Origin: Eledone cirrhosa
Lineage: Eukaryota
Length of the DNA: 64,000 nt
Reading direction: 5' to 3'
Assembly (NCBI GenBank): GCA_964016885.1
Contig: OZ024748.1
Location: forward strand, 31,434,001-31,498,000
Of this stretch, positions 13,001 to 28,000 are shown piece by piece. How positions within the stretch are numbered: position 1 is the first letter of the stretch; each line of letters starts with the position of its first letter. Below the pieces are notes generated by a model that had not been told where the DNA came from, ran no database searches, and saw only the letters and a program-made list of their open reading frames with translations. A program made the position numbers and the translations under genes.

Positions 13001-16000
13001 GACAAATGTTTATTAAATTCACGCTCAGGAGAGTGGGGGGTAGGTGGAGGACGACGTTTCGGGCATAAGCCCTTCTTCGGGTGAGAGTTCAAAAGGTCTG
13101 TAGGGGAGTGGTGGAGAGACATATAGCGAAAGGAAACGGTGCGAATGAAAAATTAACAAATAAAGACAAACAATTGTAGGAACACAGGCAAAGAATCATA
13201 TACGGAAAAAAAAGCGGTACGGTAACAAAATCAAACAGAGGTAATGCGTGGAAGGAAAGACAAAGTGTGGGAAGGTGTGTAAAGTTCGGAGAAAGGTCAC
13301 GGCGGATTAGATCGGGGTTGAGCCGGTTGTTAAGTTAAGTTCCAAGGATGGAGGCCGTGTGAGCGTGTGTTTTGTATAATGAAAAATTGAACAGGGACAG
13401 AACAGAGAGGCAGTACGACAAATGTTTATTAAATTCACGCTCAGGAGAGTGGGGGGTAGGTGGAGGACGACGTTTCGGGCATAAGCCCTTCTTCAGGTGA
13501 GAGTTCAAAAGGTGTGTAGGGGAGTGGTGGAGAGACATATAGCGAAAGGAAACGGTGCGAATGAAAAATTAACAAATAAAGACAAACAATTGTAGGAACA
13601 CAGGCAAAGAATCATATACGGAAAAAAAGGGGTACGGTAACAAAATCAAACAGAGGTAATGCGTGGAAGGAAAGACAAAGTGTGGGAAGGTGTGTAAAGT
13701 TCGGAGAAAGGTCACGGCGGATTAGATCGGGGTTGAGCCGGTTGTTAAGTTAAGTTCCAAGGATGGAGGCCGTGTGAGCGTGTGTTTTGTATAATGAAAA
13801 ATTGAACAGGGACAGAACAGAGAGGCAGTACGACAAATGTTTATTAAATTCACGCTCAGGAGAGTGGGGGGTAGGTGGAGGACGACGTTTCGGGCATAAG
13901 CCCTTCTTCAGGTGAGAGTTCAAAAGGTGTGTAGGGGAGTGGTGGAGAGACATATAGCGAAAGGAAACGGTGCGAATGAAAAATTAACAAATAAAGACAA
14001 ACAATTGTAGGAACACAGGCAAAGAATCATATACGGAAAAAAAAGGGGTACGGTAACAAAATCAAACAGAGGTAATGAGTGGAAGGAAAGACAAAGTGTG
14101 GGAAGGTGTGTAAAGTTCGGAGAAAGGTCACGGCGGATTAGATCGGGGTTGAGCCGGTTGTTAAGTTAAGTTCCAAGGATGGAGGCCGTGTGAGCGTGTG
14201 TTTGTATAATGAAAAATTGAACAGGGACAGAACAGAGAGGCAGTACGACAAATGTTTATTAAATTCACGCTCAGGAGAGTGGGGGGTAGGTGGAGGACGA
14301 CGTTTCGGGCATAAGCCCTTCTTCAGGTGAGAGTTCAAAAGGTGTGTAGGGGAGTGGTGGAGAGACATATAGCGAAAGGAAACGGTGCGAATGAAAAATT
14401 AACAAATAAAGACAAACAATTGTAGGAACACAGGCAAAGAATCATATACGGAAAAAAAAGGGGTACGGTAACAAAATCAAACAGAGGTAATGCGTGGAAG
14501 GAAAGACAAAGTGTGGGAAGGTGTGTAAAGTTCGGAGAAAGGTCACGGCGGATTAGATCGGTGTTGAGCCGGTTGTTAAGTTAAGTTCCAAGGATGGAGG
14601 CCGTGTGAGCGTGTGTTTTGTATAATGAAAAATTGAACAGGGACAGAACAGAGAGGCAGTACGACAAATGTTTATTAAATTCACGCTCAGGAGAGTGGGG
14701 GGTAGGTGGAAGACGACGTTTCGGGCATAAGCCCTTCTTCAGGTGAGAGTTCAAAAGGTGTGTAGGGGAGTGGTGGAGAGACATATAGCGAAAGGAAACA
14801 GTGCGAATGAAAAATTAACAAATAAAGACAAACAATTGTAGGAACACAGGCAAAGAATCATATACGGAAAAAAAAGGGGTACGGTGACAAAATCAAACAG
14901 AGGTAATGCGTGGAAGGAAAGACAAAGTGTGGGAAGGTGTGTAAAGTTCGGAGAAAGGTCACGGCGGATTAGATCGGGGTTGAGCCGGTTTTTAAGTTAA
15001 GTTCCAAGGATGGAGGCCGTGTGAGCGTGTGTTTTGTATAATGAAAAATTGAACAGGGACAGAACAGAGAGGCAGTACGACAAATGTTTATTAAATTCAC
15101 GCTCAGGAGAGTGGGGGGTAGGTGGAGGACGACGTTTCGGGCATAAGCCCTTCTTCTGGTGAGAGTTCAAAAGGTGTGTAGGGGAGTGGTGGAGAGACAT
15201 ATAGCGAAAGGAAACGGTGCGAATGAAAAATTAACAAATAAAGACAAACAAGTGTAGGAACACAGGCAAAGAATCATATACGGAAAAAAAAGGGGTACGG
15301 TAACAAAATCAAACAGAGGTAATGCGTGGAAGGAAAGACAAAGTGTGGGAAGGTGTGTAAAGTTCGGAGAAAGGTCACGGCGGATTAGATCGGGGTTGAG
15401 CCGGTTGTTAAGTTAAGTTCCAAGGATGGAGGCCGTGTGAGCGTGTGTTTTGTATAATGAAAAATTGAACAGGGACAGAACAGAGAGGCAGTACGACAAA
15501 TGTTTATTAAATTCACGCTCAGGAGAGTGGGGGGTAGGTGGAGGACGACGTTTCGGGCATAAGCCCTTCTTCAGGTGAGAGTTCAAAAGGTGTCTAGGGG
15601 AGTGGTGGAGAGACATATAGCGAAAGGAAACGGTGCGAATGAAAAATTAACAAATAAAGACAAACAATTGTAGGAACACAGGCAAAGAATCATATACGGA
15701 AAAAAAAGCGGTACGGTAACAAAATCAAACAGAGGTAATGCGTGGAAGGAAAGACAAAGTGTGGGAAGGTGTGTAAAGTTCGGAGAAAGGTCACGGCGGA
15801 TTAGATCGGGGTTGAGCCGGTTGTTAAGTTAAGTTCCAAGGATGGAGGCCGTGTGAGCGTGTGTTTTGTATAATGAAAAATTGAACAGGGACAGAACAGA
15901 GAGGCAGTACGACAAATGTTTATTAAATTCACGCTCAGGAGAGTGGGGGGTAGGTGGAGGACGACGTTTCGGGCATAAGCCCTTCTTCAGGTGAGAGTTC

Positions 16001-19000
16001 AAAAGGTGTGTAGGGGAGTGGTGGAGAGACATATAGCGAAAGGAAACGGTGCGAATGAAAAATTAACAAATAAAGACAAACAATTGTAGGAACACAGGCA
16101 AAGAATCATATACGGAAAAAAAGGGGTACGGTAACAAAATCAAATAGAGGTAATGCGTGGAAGGAAAGACAAAGTGTGGGAAGGTGTGTAAAGTTCGGAG
16201 AAAGGTCACGGCGGATTAGATCGTTGTTGAGCCGGTTGTTAAGTTAAGTTCCAAGGATGGCGGCCGTGTGAGAGTGTGTTTTGTATAATGAAAAATTGAA
16301 CAGGGACAGAACCGAGAGGCAGTACGACAAATGTTTATTAAATTCACGTTCAGGAGAGTGGGGGGTAGGTGGAAGCCGACGTTTCGGGCATAAGCCCTTC
16401 TTCAGGTGAGAGTTCAAAAGGTGTGTAGGGGAGTGGTGGAGAGACATATAGCGAAAGGAAACGGTGCGAATGAAAAATTAACAAATAAAGACAAACAATT
16501 GTAGGAACACAGGCAAAGAATCATATACGAAAAAAAAAGGGGTACGGTAACAAAATCAAACAGAGGTAATGTGTGGAAGGAAAGACAAAGTGTGGGAAGG
16601 TGTGTAAAGTTCGGAGAAAGGTCACGGCGGATTAGATCGGGGTTGAGCCGGTTAAGTTCCAAGGATGGAGGCCGATGGAGGTACGGTAACAAAATCAAAC
16701 AGAGGTAATGCGTGGAAGGAAAGACAAAGTGTGGGAAGGTGTGTAAAGTTCGGAGAAAGGTCACGGCGGATTAGATCGGGGTTGAGCCGGTTGTTAAGTT
16801 AAGTTCCAAGGATGGAGGCCGTGTGAGCGTGTGTTTTGTATAATGAAAAATTTAACAGGGACAGAACAGAGAGGCAGTACGACAAATGTTTATTAAATTC
16901 ACGCTCAGGAGAGTGGGGGGTAGGTGGAGGATGACATTTCGGGCATAAGCCCTTCTTCAGGTGAGAGTTCAAAAGGTGTGTAGGGGAGTGGTGGAGAGAC
17001 ATATAGCGAAAGGAAACGGTGCGAATGAAAAATTAACAAATAAAGACAAACAATTGTAGGAACACAGGCAAAGAATCATATACGGAAAAAAAGGGGTACG
17101 GTAACAAAATCAAACAGAGGTAATGCGTGGAAGGAAAGACAAAGTGTGGGAAGGTGTGTAAAGTTCGGAGAAAGGTCACGGCGGATTAGATCGGTGTTGA
17201 GCCGGTTGTTAAGTTAAGTTCCAAGGATGGAGGCCGTGTGAGCGTGTGTTTTGTATAATGAAAAATTGAACAGGGACAGAACAGAGAGGCAGTACGACAA
17301 ATGTTTATTAAATTCACGCTCAGGAGAGTGGGGGGTAGGTGGAGGACGACGTTTCGGGCATAAGCCCTTCTTCAGGTGAGAGTTCAAAAGGTGTGTAGGT
17401 GAGTGGTGGAGAGACATATAGCGAAAGGAAACGGTGCGAATGAAAAATTAACAAATAAAGACAAACAATTGTAGGAACACAGGCAAAGAATCATATACGG
17501 AAAAAAAAGGGGTCCGGTAACAAAATCAAACAGAGGTAATGCGTGGAAGGAAAGACAAAGTGTGGGAAGGTGTGTAAAGTTCGGAGAAAGGTCACGGCGG
17601 ATTAGATCGGGGTTGAGCCGGTTGTTAAGTTAAGTTCCAAGGATGGAGGCCGTGTGAGCGTGTGTTTTGTATAATGAAAAATTGAACAGGGACAGAACAG
17701 AGAGGCAGTACGACAAATGTTTATTAAATTCACGCTCAGGAGAGTGGGGGGTAGGTGGAGGACGACGTTTCGGGCATTAGCCCTTCTTCAGGTGAGAGTT
17801 CAAAAGGTGTGTAGGGGAGTGGTGGAGAGACATATAGCGAAAGGAAACGGTGCGAATGAAAAATTAACAAATAAAGACAAACAATTGTAGGAACACAGGC
17901 AAAGAATCATATACGGAAAAAAAAGGGGTACGGTAACAAAATCAAACAGAGGTAATGCGTGGAAGGAAAGACAAAGTGTGGGAAGGTGTGTAAAGTTCGG
18001 AGAAAGGTCACGGCGGATTAGATCGGGGTTGAGCCGGTTGTTAAGTTAAGTTCCAAGGATGGAGGCCGTGTGAGCGTGTGTTTTGTATAATGAAAAATTG
18101 AACAGGGACAGAACAGAGAGGCAGTACGACAAATGTTTATTAAATTCACGCTCAGGAGAGTGGGGGGTAGGTGGAAGACGACGTTTCGGGCATAAGCCCT
18201 TCTTCAGGTGAGAGTTCAAAAGGTGTGTAGGGGAGTGGTGGAGAGACATATAGCGAAAGGAAACAGTGCGAATGAAAAATTAACAAATAAAGACAAACAA
18301 TTGTAGGAACACAGGCAAAGAATCATATACGGAAAAAAAAGGGGTACGGTAACAAAATCAAACAGAGGTAATGCGTGGAAGGAAAGACAAAGTGTGGGAA
18401 GGTGTGTAAAGTTCGGAGAAAGGTCACGGCGGATTAGATCGGGGTTGAGCCGGTTTTTAAGTTAAGTTCCAAGGATGGAGGCCGTGTGAGCGTGTGTTTT
18501 GTATAATGAAAAATTGAACAGGGACAGAACAGAGAGGCAGTACGACAAATGTTTATTAAATTCACGCTCAGGAGAGTGGGGGGTAGGTGGAGGACGACGT
18601 TTCGGGCATAAGTCCTTCTTCTGGTGAGAGTTCAAAAGGTGTGTAGGGGAGTGGTGGAGAGACATATAGCGAAAGGAAACGGTGCGAATGAAAAATTAAC
18701 AAATAAAGACAAACAATTGTAGGAACACAGGCAAAGAATCATATACGGAAAAAAAAGGGGTACGGTAACAAAATCAAACAGAGGTAATGCGTGGAAGGAA
18801 AGACAAAGTGTGGGAAGGTGTGTAAAGTTCGGAGAAAGTTCACGGCGGATTAGATCGGGGTTGAGCCGGTTGTTAAGTTAAGTTCCAAGGATGGAGGCCG
18901 TGTGAGCGTGTGTTTTGTATAATGAAAAATTGAACAGGGACAGAACAGAGAGGCAGTACGACAAATGTTTATTAAATTCACGCTCAGGAGAGTGGGGGGT

Positions 19001-22000
19001 AGGTGGAGGACGACGTTTCGGGCATAAGCCCTTCTTCAGGTGAGAGTTCAAAAGGTGTCTAGGGGAGTGGTGGAGAGACATATAGCGAAAGGAAACGGTG
19101 CGAATGAAAAATTAACAAATAAAGACAAACAATTGTAGGAACACAGGCAAAGAATCATATACGGAAAAAAAAGCGGTACGGTAACAAAATCAAACAGAGG
19201 TAATGCGTGGAAGGAAAGACAAAGTGTGGGAAGGTGTGTAAAGTTCGGAGAAAGGTCACGGCGGATTAGATCGGGGTTGAGCCGGTTGTTAAGTTAAGTT
19301 CCAAGGATGGAGGCCGTGTGAGCGTGTGTTTTGTATAATGAAAAATTGAACAGGGACATAACAGAGAGGCAGTACGACAAATGTTTATTAAATTCACGCT
19401 CAGGAGAGTGGGGGGTAGGTGGAGGATGACGTTTCGGGCATAAGCCCTTCTTCAGGTGAGAGTTCAAAAGGTGTGTAGGGGAGTGGTGGAGAGACATATA
19501 GCGAAAGGAAACGGTGCGAATGAAAAATTAACAAATAAAGACAAACAATTGTAGGAACACAGGCAAAGAATCATATACGGAAAAAAAAGGGGTACGGTAA
19601 CAAAATCAAACAGAGGTAATGCGTGGAAGGAAAGACAAAGTGTGGGAAGGTGTGTAAAGTTCGGAGAAAGGTCACGGCGGATTAGATCGGGGTTGAGCCG
19701 GTTGTTAAGTTAAGTTCCAAGGATGGAGGCCGTGTGAGCGTGTGTTTTGTATAATGAAAAATTGAACAGGGACAGAACAGAGAGGCAGTACGACAAATGT
19801 TTATTAAATTCACGCTCAGGAGAGTGGGGGGTAGGTGGAGGACGACGTTTCGGGCATAAGCCCTTCTTCAGGTGAGAGTTCAAAAGGTGTGTAGGGGAGT
19901 GGTGGAGAGACATATAGCGAAAGGAAACGGTGCGAATGAAAAATTAACAAATAAAGACAAACAATTGTAGGAACACAGGCAAAGAATCATATACGGAAAA
20001 AAAAGCGGTACGGTAACAAAATCAAACAGAGGTAATGCGTGGAAGGAAAGACAAAGTGTGGGAAGGTGTGTAAAGTTCGGAGAAAGGTCACGGCGGATTA
20101 GATCGGGGTTGAGCCGGTTGTTAAGTTAAGTTCCAAGGATGGAGGCCGTGTGAGCGTGTGTTTTGTATAATGAAAAATTGAACAGGGACAGAACAGAGAG
20201 GCAGTACGACAAATGTTTATTAAATTCACGCTCAGGAGAGTGGGGGGTAGGTGGAGGACGACGTTTCGGGCATAAGCCCTTCTTCAGGTGAGAGTTCAAA
20301 AGGTGTGTAGGGGAGTGGTGGAGAGACATATAGCGAAAGGAAACGGTGCGAATGAAAAATTAACAAATAAAGACAAGCAATTGTAGGAACACAGGCAAAG
20401 AATCATATACGGAAAAAAAAGGGGTACGGTAACAAAATCAAACAGAGGTAATGCGTGGAAGGAAAGAAAAAGTGTGGGAAGGTGTGTAAAGTTCGGAGAA
20501 AGTTCACGGCGGATTAGATCGGGGTTGAGCCGGTTGTTAAGTTAAGTTCCAAGGATGGAGGCCGTGTGAGCGTGTGTTTTGTATAATGAAAAATTGAACA
20601 GGGACAGAACAGAGAGGCAGTACGACAAATGTTTATTAAATTCACGCTCAGGAGAGTGGGGGGTAGGTGGAGGACGACGTTTCGGGCATAAGCCCTTCTT
20701 CAGGTGAGAGTTCAAAAGGTGTGTAGGGGAGTGGTGGAGAGACATATAGCGAAAGGAAACGGTGCGAATGAAAAATTAACAAATAAAGACAAACAATTGT
20801 AGGAACACAGGCAAAGAATCATATACGGAAAAAAAAGGGGTACGGTAACAAAATCAAATAGAGGTAATGCGTGGAAGGAAAGACAAAGTGTGGGAAGGTG
20901 TGTAAAGTTCGGAGAAAGGTCACGGCGGATTAGATCGTTGTTGAGCCGGTTGTTAAGTTAAGTTCCAAGGATGGCGGCCGTGTGAGCGTGTGTTTTGTAT
21001 AATGAAAAATTGAACAGGGACAGAACAGAGAGGCAGTACGACAAATGTTTATTAAATTCACGTTCAGGAGAGTGGGGGGTAGGTGGAAGCCGACGTTTCG
21101 GGCATAAGCCCTTCTTCAGGTGAGAGTTCAAAAGGTGTGTAGGGGAGTGGTGGAGAGAGATATAGCGAAACGAAACGGTGCGAATGAAAAATTAACAAAT
21201 AAAGACAAACAATTGTAGGAACACAGGCAAGGAATCATATACGGAAAAAAAAGGGGTACGGTAACAAAATCAAACAGAGGTAATGTGTGGAAGGAAAGAC
21301 AAAGTGTGGGAAGGTGTGTAAAGTTCGGAGAAAGGTCACGGCGGATTAGATCGGGGTTGAGCCGGTTAAGTTCCAAGGATGGAGGCCGATGGAGGTACGG
21401 TAACAAAATCAAACAGAGGTAATGCGTGGAAGGAAAGACAAAGTGTGGGAAGGTGTGTAAAGTTCGGAGAAAGGTCACGGCGGATTAGATCGGGGTTGAG
21501 CCGGTTGTTAAGTTAAGTTCCAAGGATGGAGGCCGTGTGAGCGTGTGTTTTGTATAATGAAAAATTTAACAGGAACAGAACAGAGAGGCAGTACGACACA
21601 TGTTTATTAAATTCACGCTCAGGAGAGTGGGGGGTAGGTGGAGAATGACGTTTCGGGCATAAGCCCTTCTTCAGGTGAGAGTTCAAAAGGTGTGTAGGGG
21701 AGTGGTGGAGAGACATATAGCGAAAGGAAACGGTGCGAATGAAAAATTAACAAATAAAGACAAACAATTGTAGGAACACAGGCAAAGAATCATATACGGA
21801 AAAAAAGGGGTACGGTAACAAAATCAAACAGAGGTAATGCGTGGAAGGAAAGACAAAGTGTGGGAAGGTGTGTAAAGTTCGGAGAAAGGTCACGGCGGAT
21901 TAGATCGGGGTTGAGCCAGTTGTTAAGTTAAGTTCCAAGGATGGAGGCCGTGTGAGCGTGTGTTTTGTATAATGAAAAATTGAACAGGGACAGAACAGAG

Positions 22001-25000
22001 AGGCAGTACGACAAATGTTTATTAAATTCACGCTCAGGAGAGTGGGGGGTAGGTGGAGGACGACGTTTCGGGCATAAGCCCTTCTTCAGGTGAGAGTTCA
22101 AAAGGTGTGTAGGGGAGTGGTGGAGAGACATATAGCGAAAGGAAACGGTGCGAATGAAAAATTAACAAATAAAGACAAACAATTGTAGGAACACAGGCAA
22201 AGAATCATATACGGAAAAAAAGGGGTACGGTAACAAAATCAAACAGAGGTAATGCGTGGAAGGAAAGACAAAGTGTGGGAAGGTGTGTAAAGTTCGGAGA
22301 AAGGTCACGGCGGATTAGATCGGGGTTGAGCCGGTTGTTAAGTTAAGTTCCAAGGATGGAGGCCGTGTGAGCGTGTGTTTTGTATAATGAAAAATTTAAC
22401 AGGGACAGAACAGAGAGGCAGTACGACAAATGTTTATTAAATTCACGCTCAGGAGAGTGGGGGGTAGGTGGAGGACGACGTTTCGGGCATAAGCCCTTCT
22501 TCAGGTGAGAGTTCAAAAGGTGTGTGGGGGAGTGGTGGAGAGACATATAGCGAAAGGAAACGGTGCGAATGAAAAATTAACAAATAAAGACAAACAATTG
22601 TAGGAACACAGGCAAAGAATCATATACGGAAAAAAAGGGGTACGGTAACAAAATCAAACAGAGGTAATGCGTGGAAGGAAAGACAAAGTGTGGGAAGGTG
22701 TGTAAAGTTCGGAGAAAGGTCACGGCGGATTAGATCGGGGTTGAGCCGGTTGTTAAGTTAAGTTCCAAGGATGGAGGCCGTGTGAGCGTGTGTTTTGTAT
22801 AATGAAAAATTGAACAGGGACAGAACAGAGAGGCAGTACGACAAATGTTTATTAAATTCACGCTCAGGAGAGTGGGGGGTAGGTGGAGGACGACGTTTCG
22901 GGCATAAGCCCTTCTTCAGGTGAGAGTTCAAAAGGTGTGTAGGGGAGTGGTGGAGAGACATATAGCGAAAGGAAACGGTGCGAATGAAAAATTAACAAAT
23001 AAAGACAAACAATTGTAGGAACACAGGCAAAGAATCATATACGGAAAAAAAAGGGGTACGGTAACAAAATCAAACAGAGGTAATGCGTGGAAGGAAAGAC
23101 AAAGTGTGGGAAGGTGTGTAAAGTTCGGAGAAAGGTCACGGCGGATTAGATCGGGGTTGAGCCGGTTGTTAAGTTAAGTTCCAAGGATGGAGGCCGTGTG
23201 AGCGTGTGTTTTGTATAATGAAAAATTGAACAGGGACAGAACAGAGAGGCAGTACGACAAATGTTTATTAAATTCACGCTCAGGAGAGTGGGGGGTAGGT
23301 AGAGGACGACGTTTCGGGCATAAGCCCTTCTTCAGCTGAGAGTTCAAAAGGCGTGTAGGGGAGTGGTGGAGAGACATATAGCGAAAGGAAACGGTGCGAA
23401 TGAAAAATTAACAAATAAAGACAAACAATCGTAGGAACACAGGCAAAGAATCATATACGGAAAAAAAAGGGGTACGGTAACAAAATCAAACAGAGGTAAT
23501 GCGTGGAAGGAAAGACAAAGTGTGGGAAGGTGTGTAAAGTTCGGAGAAAGGTCACGGCGGATTAGATCGGGGTTGAGCCGGTTAAGTTCCAAGGATGGAG
23601 GCCGATGGAGGTACGGTAACAAAATCAAACAGAGGTAATGCGTGGAAGGAAAGACAAAGTGTGGGAAGGTGTGTAAAGTTCGGAGAAAGGTCACGGCGGA
23701 TTAGATCGGGGTTGAGCCGGTTGTTAAGTTAAGTTCCAAGGATGGAGGCCGTGTGAGCGTGTGTTTTGTATAATGAAAAATTTAACAGGGACAGAACAGA
23801 GAGGCAGTACGACAAATGTTTATTAAATTCACGCTCAGGAGAGTGGGGGGTAGGTGGAGGATGACGTTTCGGGCATAAGCCCTTCTTCAGGTGAGAGTTC
23901 AAAAGGTGTGTAGGGGAGTGGTGGAGAGACATATAGCGAAAGGAAACGGTGCGAATGAACAATTAACAAATAAAGACAAACAATTGTAGGAACACAGGCA
24001 AAGAATCATATACGGAAAAAAAGGGGTACGGTAACAAAATCAAACAGAGGTAATGCGTGGAAGGAAAGACAAAGTGTGGGAAGGTGTGTAAAGTTCGGAG
24101 AAAGGTCACGGCGGATTAGATCGGTGTTGAGCCGGTTGTTAAGTTAAGTTCCAAGGATGGAGGCCGTGTGAGCGTGTGTTTTGTATAATGAAAAATTGAA
24201 CAGGGACAGAACAGAGAGGCAGTACGACAAATGTTTATTAAATTCACGCTCAGGAGAGTGGGGGGTAGGTGGAGGACGACGTTTCGGGCATAAGCCCTTC
24301 TTCAGGTGAGAGTTCAAAAGGTGTGTAGGGGAGTGGTGGAGAGACATATAGCGAAAGGAAACGGTGCGAATGAAAAATTAACAAATAAAGACAAACAATT
24401 GTAGGAACACAGGCAAAGAATCATGTACGGAAAAAAAAGCGGTACGGTAACAAAATCAAACAGAGGTAATGCGTGGAAGGAAAGACAAAGTGTGGGAAGG
24501 TGTGTAAAGTTCGGAGAAAGGTCACGGCGGATTAGATCGGGGTTGAGCCAGTTGTTAAGTTAAGTTCCAAGGATGGAGGCCGTGTGAGCGTGTGTTTTGT
24601 ATAATGAAAAATTGAACAGGGACAGAACAGAGAGGCAGTACGACAAATGTTTATTAAATTCACGCTCAGGAGAGTGGGGGGTAGGTGGAGGACGACGTTT
24701 CGGGCATAAGCCCTTCTTCAGGTGAGAGTTCAAAAGGTGTGTAGGGGAGTGGTGGAGAGACATATAGCGAAAGGAAACGGTGCGAATGAAAAATTAACAA
24801 ATAAAGACAAACAATTGTAGGAACACAGGCAAAGAATCATATACGGAAAAAAAAGGGGTACGGTAACAAAATCAAACAGAGGTAATGCGTGGAAGGAAAG
24901 ACAAAGTGTGGGAAGGTGTGTAAAGTTCGGAGAAAGGTCACGGCGGATTAGATCGGTGTTGAGCCGGTTGTTAAGTTAAGTTCCAAGGATGGAGGCCGTG

Positions 25001-28000
25001 TGAGCGTGTGTTTTGTATAATGAAAAATTGAACAGGGACAGAACAGAGAGGCAGTACGACAAATGTTTATTAAATTCACGCTCAGGAGAGTGGGGGGTAG
25101 GTGGAGGACGACGTTTCGGGCATAAGCCCTTCTTCAGGTGAGAGTTCAAAAGGTGTGTAGGGGAGTGGTGGAGAGACATATAGCGAAAGGAAACGGTGCG
25201 AATGAAAAATTAACAAATAAAGACAAACAATTGTAGGAACACAGGCAAAGAATCATGTACGGAAAAAAAAGCGGTACGGTAACAAAATCAAACAGAGGTA
25301 ATGCGTGGAAGGAAAGACAAAGTGTGGGAAGGTGTGTAAAGTTCGGAGAAAGGTCACGGCGGATTAGATCGGGGTTGAGCCAGTTGTTAAGTTAAGTTCC
25401 AAGGATGGAGGCCGTGTGAGCGTGTGTTTTGTATAATGAAAAATTGAACAGGGACAGAACAGAGAGGCAGTACGACAAATGTTTATTAAATTCACGCTCA
25501 GGAGAGTGGGGGGTAGGTGGAGGACGACGTTTCGGGCATAAGCCCTTCTTCAGGTGAGAGTTCAAAAGGTGTGTAGGGGAGTGGTGGAGAGACATATAGC
25601 GAAAGGAAACGGTGCGAATGAAAAATTAACAAATAAAGACAAACAATTGTAGGAACACAGGCAAAGAATCATATACGGAAAAAAAGGGGTACGGTAACAA
25701 AATCAAACAGAGGTAATGCGTGGAAGGAAAGACAAAGTGTGGGAAGGTGTGTAAAGTTCGGAGAAAGGTCACGGCGGATTAGATCGGGGTTGAGCCGGTT
25801 GTTAAGTTAAGTTCCAAGGATGGAGGCCGTGTGAGCGTGTGTTTTGTATAATGAAAAATTGAACAGGGACAGAACAGAGAGGCAGTACGACAAATGTTTA
25901 TTAAATTCACGCTCAGGAGAGTGGGGGGTAGGTGGAGGACGACGTTTCGGGCATAAGCCCTTCTTCAGGTGAGAGTTCAAAAGGTGTGTAGGGGAGTGGT
26001 GGAGAGACATATAGCGAAAGGAAACGGTGCGAATGAAAAATTAACAAATAAAGACAAACAATTGTAGGAACACAGGCAAAGAATCATATACGGAAAAAAA
26101 AGGGGTACGGTAACAAAATCAAACAGAGGTAATGCGTGGAAGGAAAGACAAAGTGTGGGAAGGTGTGTAAAGTTCGGAGAAAGGTCACGGCGGATTAGAT
26201 CGGGGTTGAGCCGGTTGTTAAGTTAAGTTCCAAGGATGGAGGCCGTGTGAGCGTGTGTTTTGTATAATGAAAAATTGAACAGGGACAGAACAGAGAGGCA
26301 GTACGACAAATGTTTATTAAATTCACGCTCAGGAGAGTGGGAGGTAGGTGGAGGACGACGTTTCGGGCATAAGCCCTTCTTCAGGTGAGAGTTCAAAAGG
26401 TGTGTAGGGGAGTGGTGGAGAGACATATAGCGAAAGGAAACGGTGCGAATGAAAAATTAACAAATAAAGACAAACAATTGTAGGAACACAGGCAAAGAAT
26501 CATATACGGAAAAAAAGGGGTACGGTAACAAAATCAAACAGAAGTAATGCGTGGAAGGAAAGACAAAGTGTGGGAAGGTGTGTAAAGTTCGGAGAAAGGT
26601 CACGGCGGATTAGATCGGGGTTGAGCCGGTTGTTAAGTTAAGTTCCAAGGATGGAGGCCGTGTGAGCGTGTGTTTTGTATAATGAAAAATTGAACAGGGA
26701 CAGAACAGAGAGGCAGTACGACAAATGTTTATTAAATTCACGCTCAGGAGAGTGGGGGGTAGGTGGAGGACGACGTTTCGGGCATAAGCCCTTCTTCAGG
26801 TGAGAGTTCAAAAGGTGTGTAGGGGAGTGGTGGAGAGACATATAGCGAAAGGAAACGGTGCGAATGAAAAATTAACAAATAAAGACAAACAATTGTAGGA
26901 ACACAGGCAAAGAATCATATACGGAAAAAAAAGGGGTACGGTAACAAAATCAAACAGAGGTAATGCGTGGAAGGAAAGACAAAGTGTGGGAAGGTGTGTA
27001 AAGTTCGGAGAAAGGTCACGGCGGATTAGATCGGGGTTGAGCCGGTTGTTAAGTTAAGTTCCAAGGATGGAGGCCGTGTGAGCGTGTGTTTTGTATAATG
27101 AAAAATTGAACAGGGACAGAACAGAGAGGCAGTACGACAAATGTTTATTAAATTCACGCTCAGGAGAGTGGGGGGTAGGTAGAGGACGACGTTTCGGGCA
27201 TAAGCCCTTCTTCAGCTGAGAGTTCAAAAGGTGTGTAGGGGAGTGGTGGAGAGACATATAGCGAAAGGAAACGGTGCGAATGAAAAATTAACAAATAAAG
27301 ACAAACAATCGTAGGAACACAGGCAAAGAATCATATACGGAAAAAAAAGGGGTACGGTAACAAAATCAAACAGAGGTAATGCGTGGAAGGAAAGACAAAG
27401 TGTGGGAAGGTGTGTAAAGTTCGGAGAAAGGTCACGGCGGATTAGATCGGTGTTGAGCCGGTTGTTAAGTTAAGTTCCAAGGATGGAGGCCGTGTGAGCG
27501 TGTGTTTTGTATAATGAAAAATTGAACAGGGACAGAACAGAGAGGCAGTACGACAAATGTTTATTAAATTCACGCTCAGGAGAGTGGGGGGTAGGTGGAG
27601 GACGACTTTTCGGGCATAAGCCCTTCTTCAGGTGAGAGTTCAAAAGGTGTGTAGGGGAGTGGTGGAGAGACATATAGCGAAAGGAAACGGTGCGAATGAA
27701 AAATTAACAAATAAAGACAAACAATCGTAGGAACACAGGCAAAGAATCATATACGGAAAAAAAAGGGGTACGGTAACAAAATCAAACAGAGGTAATGCGT
27801 GGAAGGAAAGACAAAGTGTGGGAAGGTGTGTAAAGTTCGGAGAAAGGTCACGGCGGATTAGATCGGTGTTGAGCCGGTTGTTAAGTTAAGTTCCAAGGAT
27901 GGAGGCCGTGTGAGCGTGTGTTTTGTATAATGAAAAATTGAACAGGGACAGAACAGAGAGGCAGTACGACAAATGTTTATTAAATTCACGCTCAGGAGAG

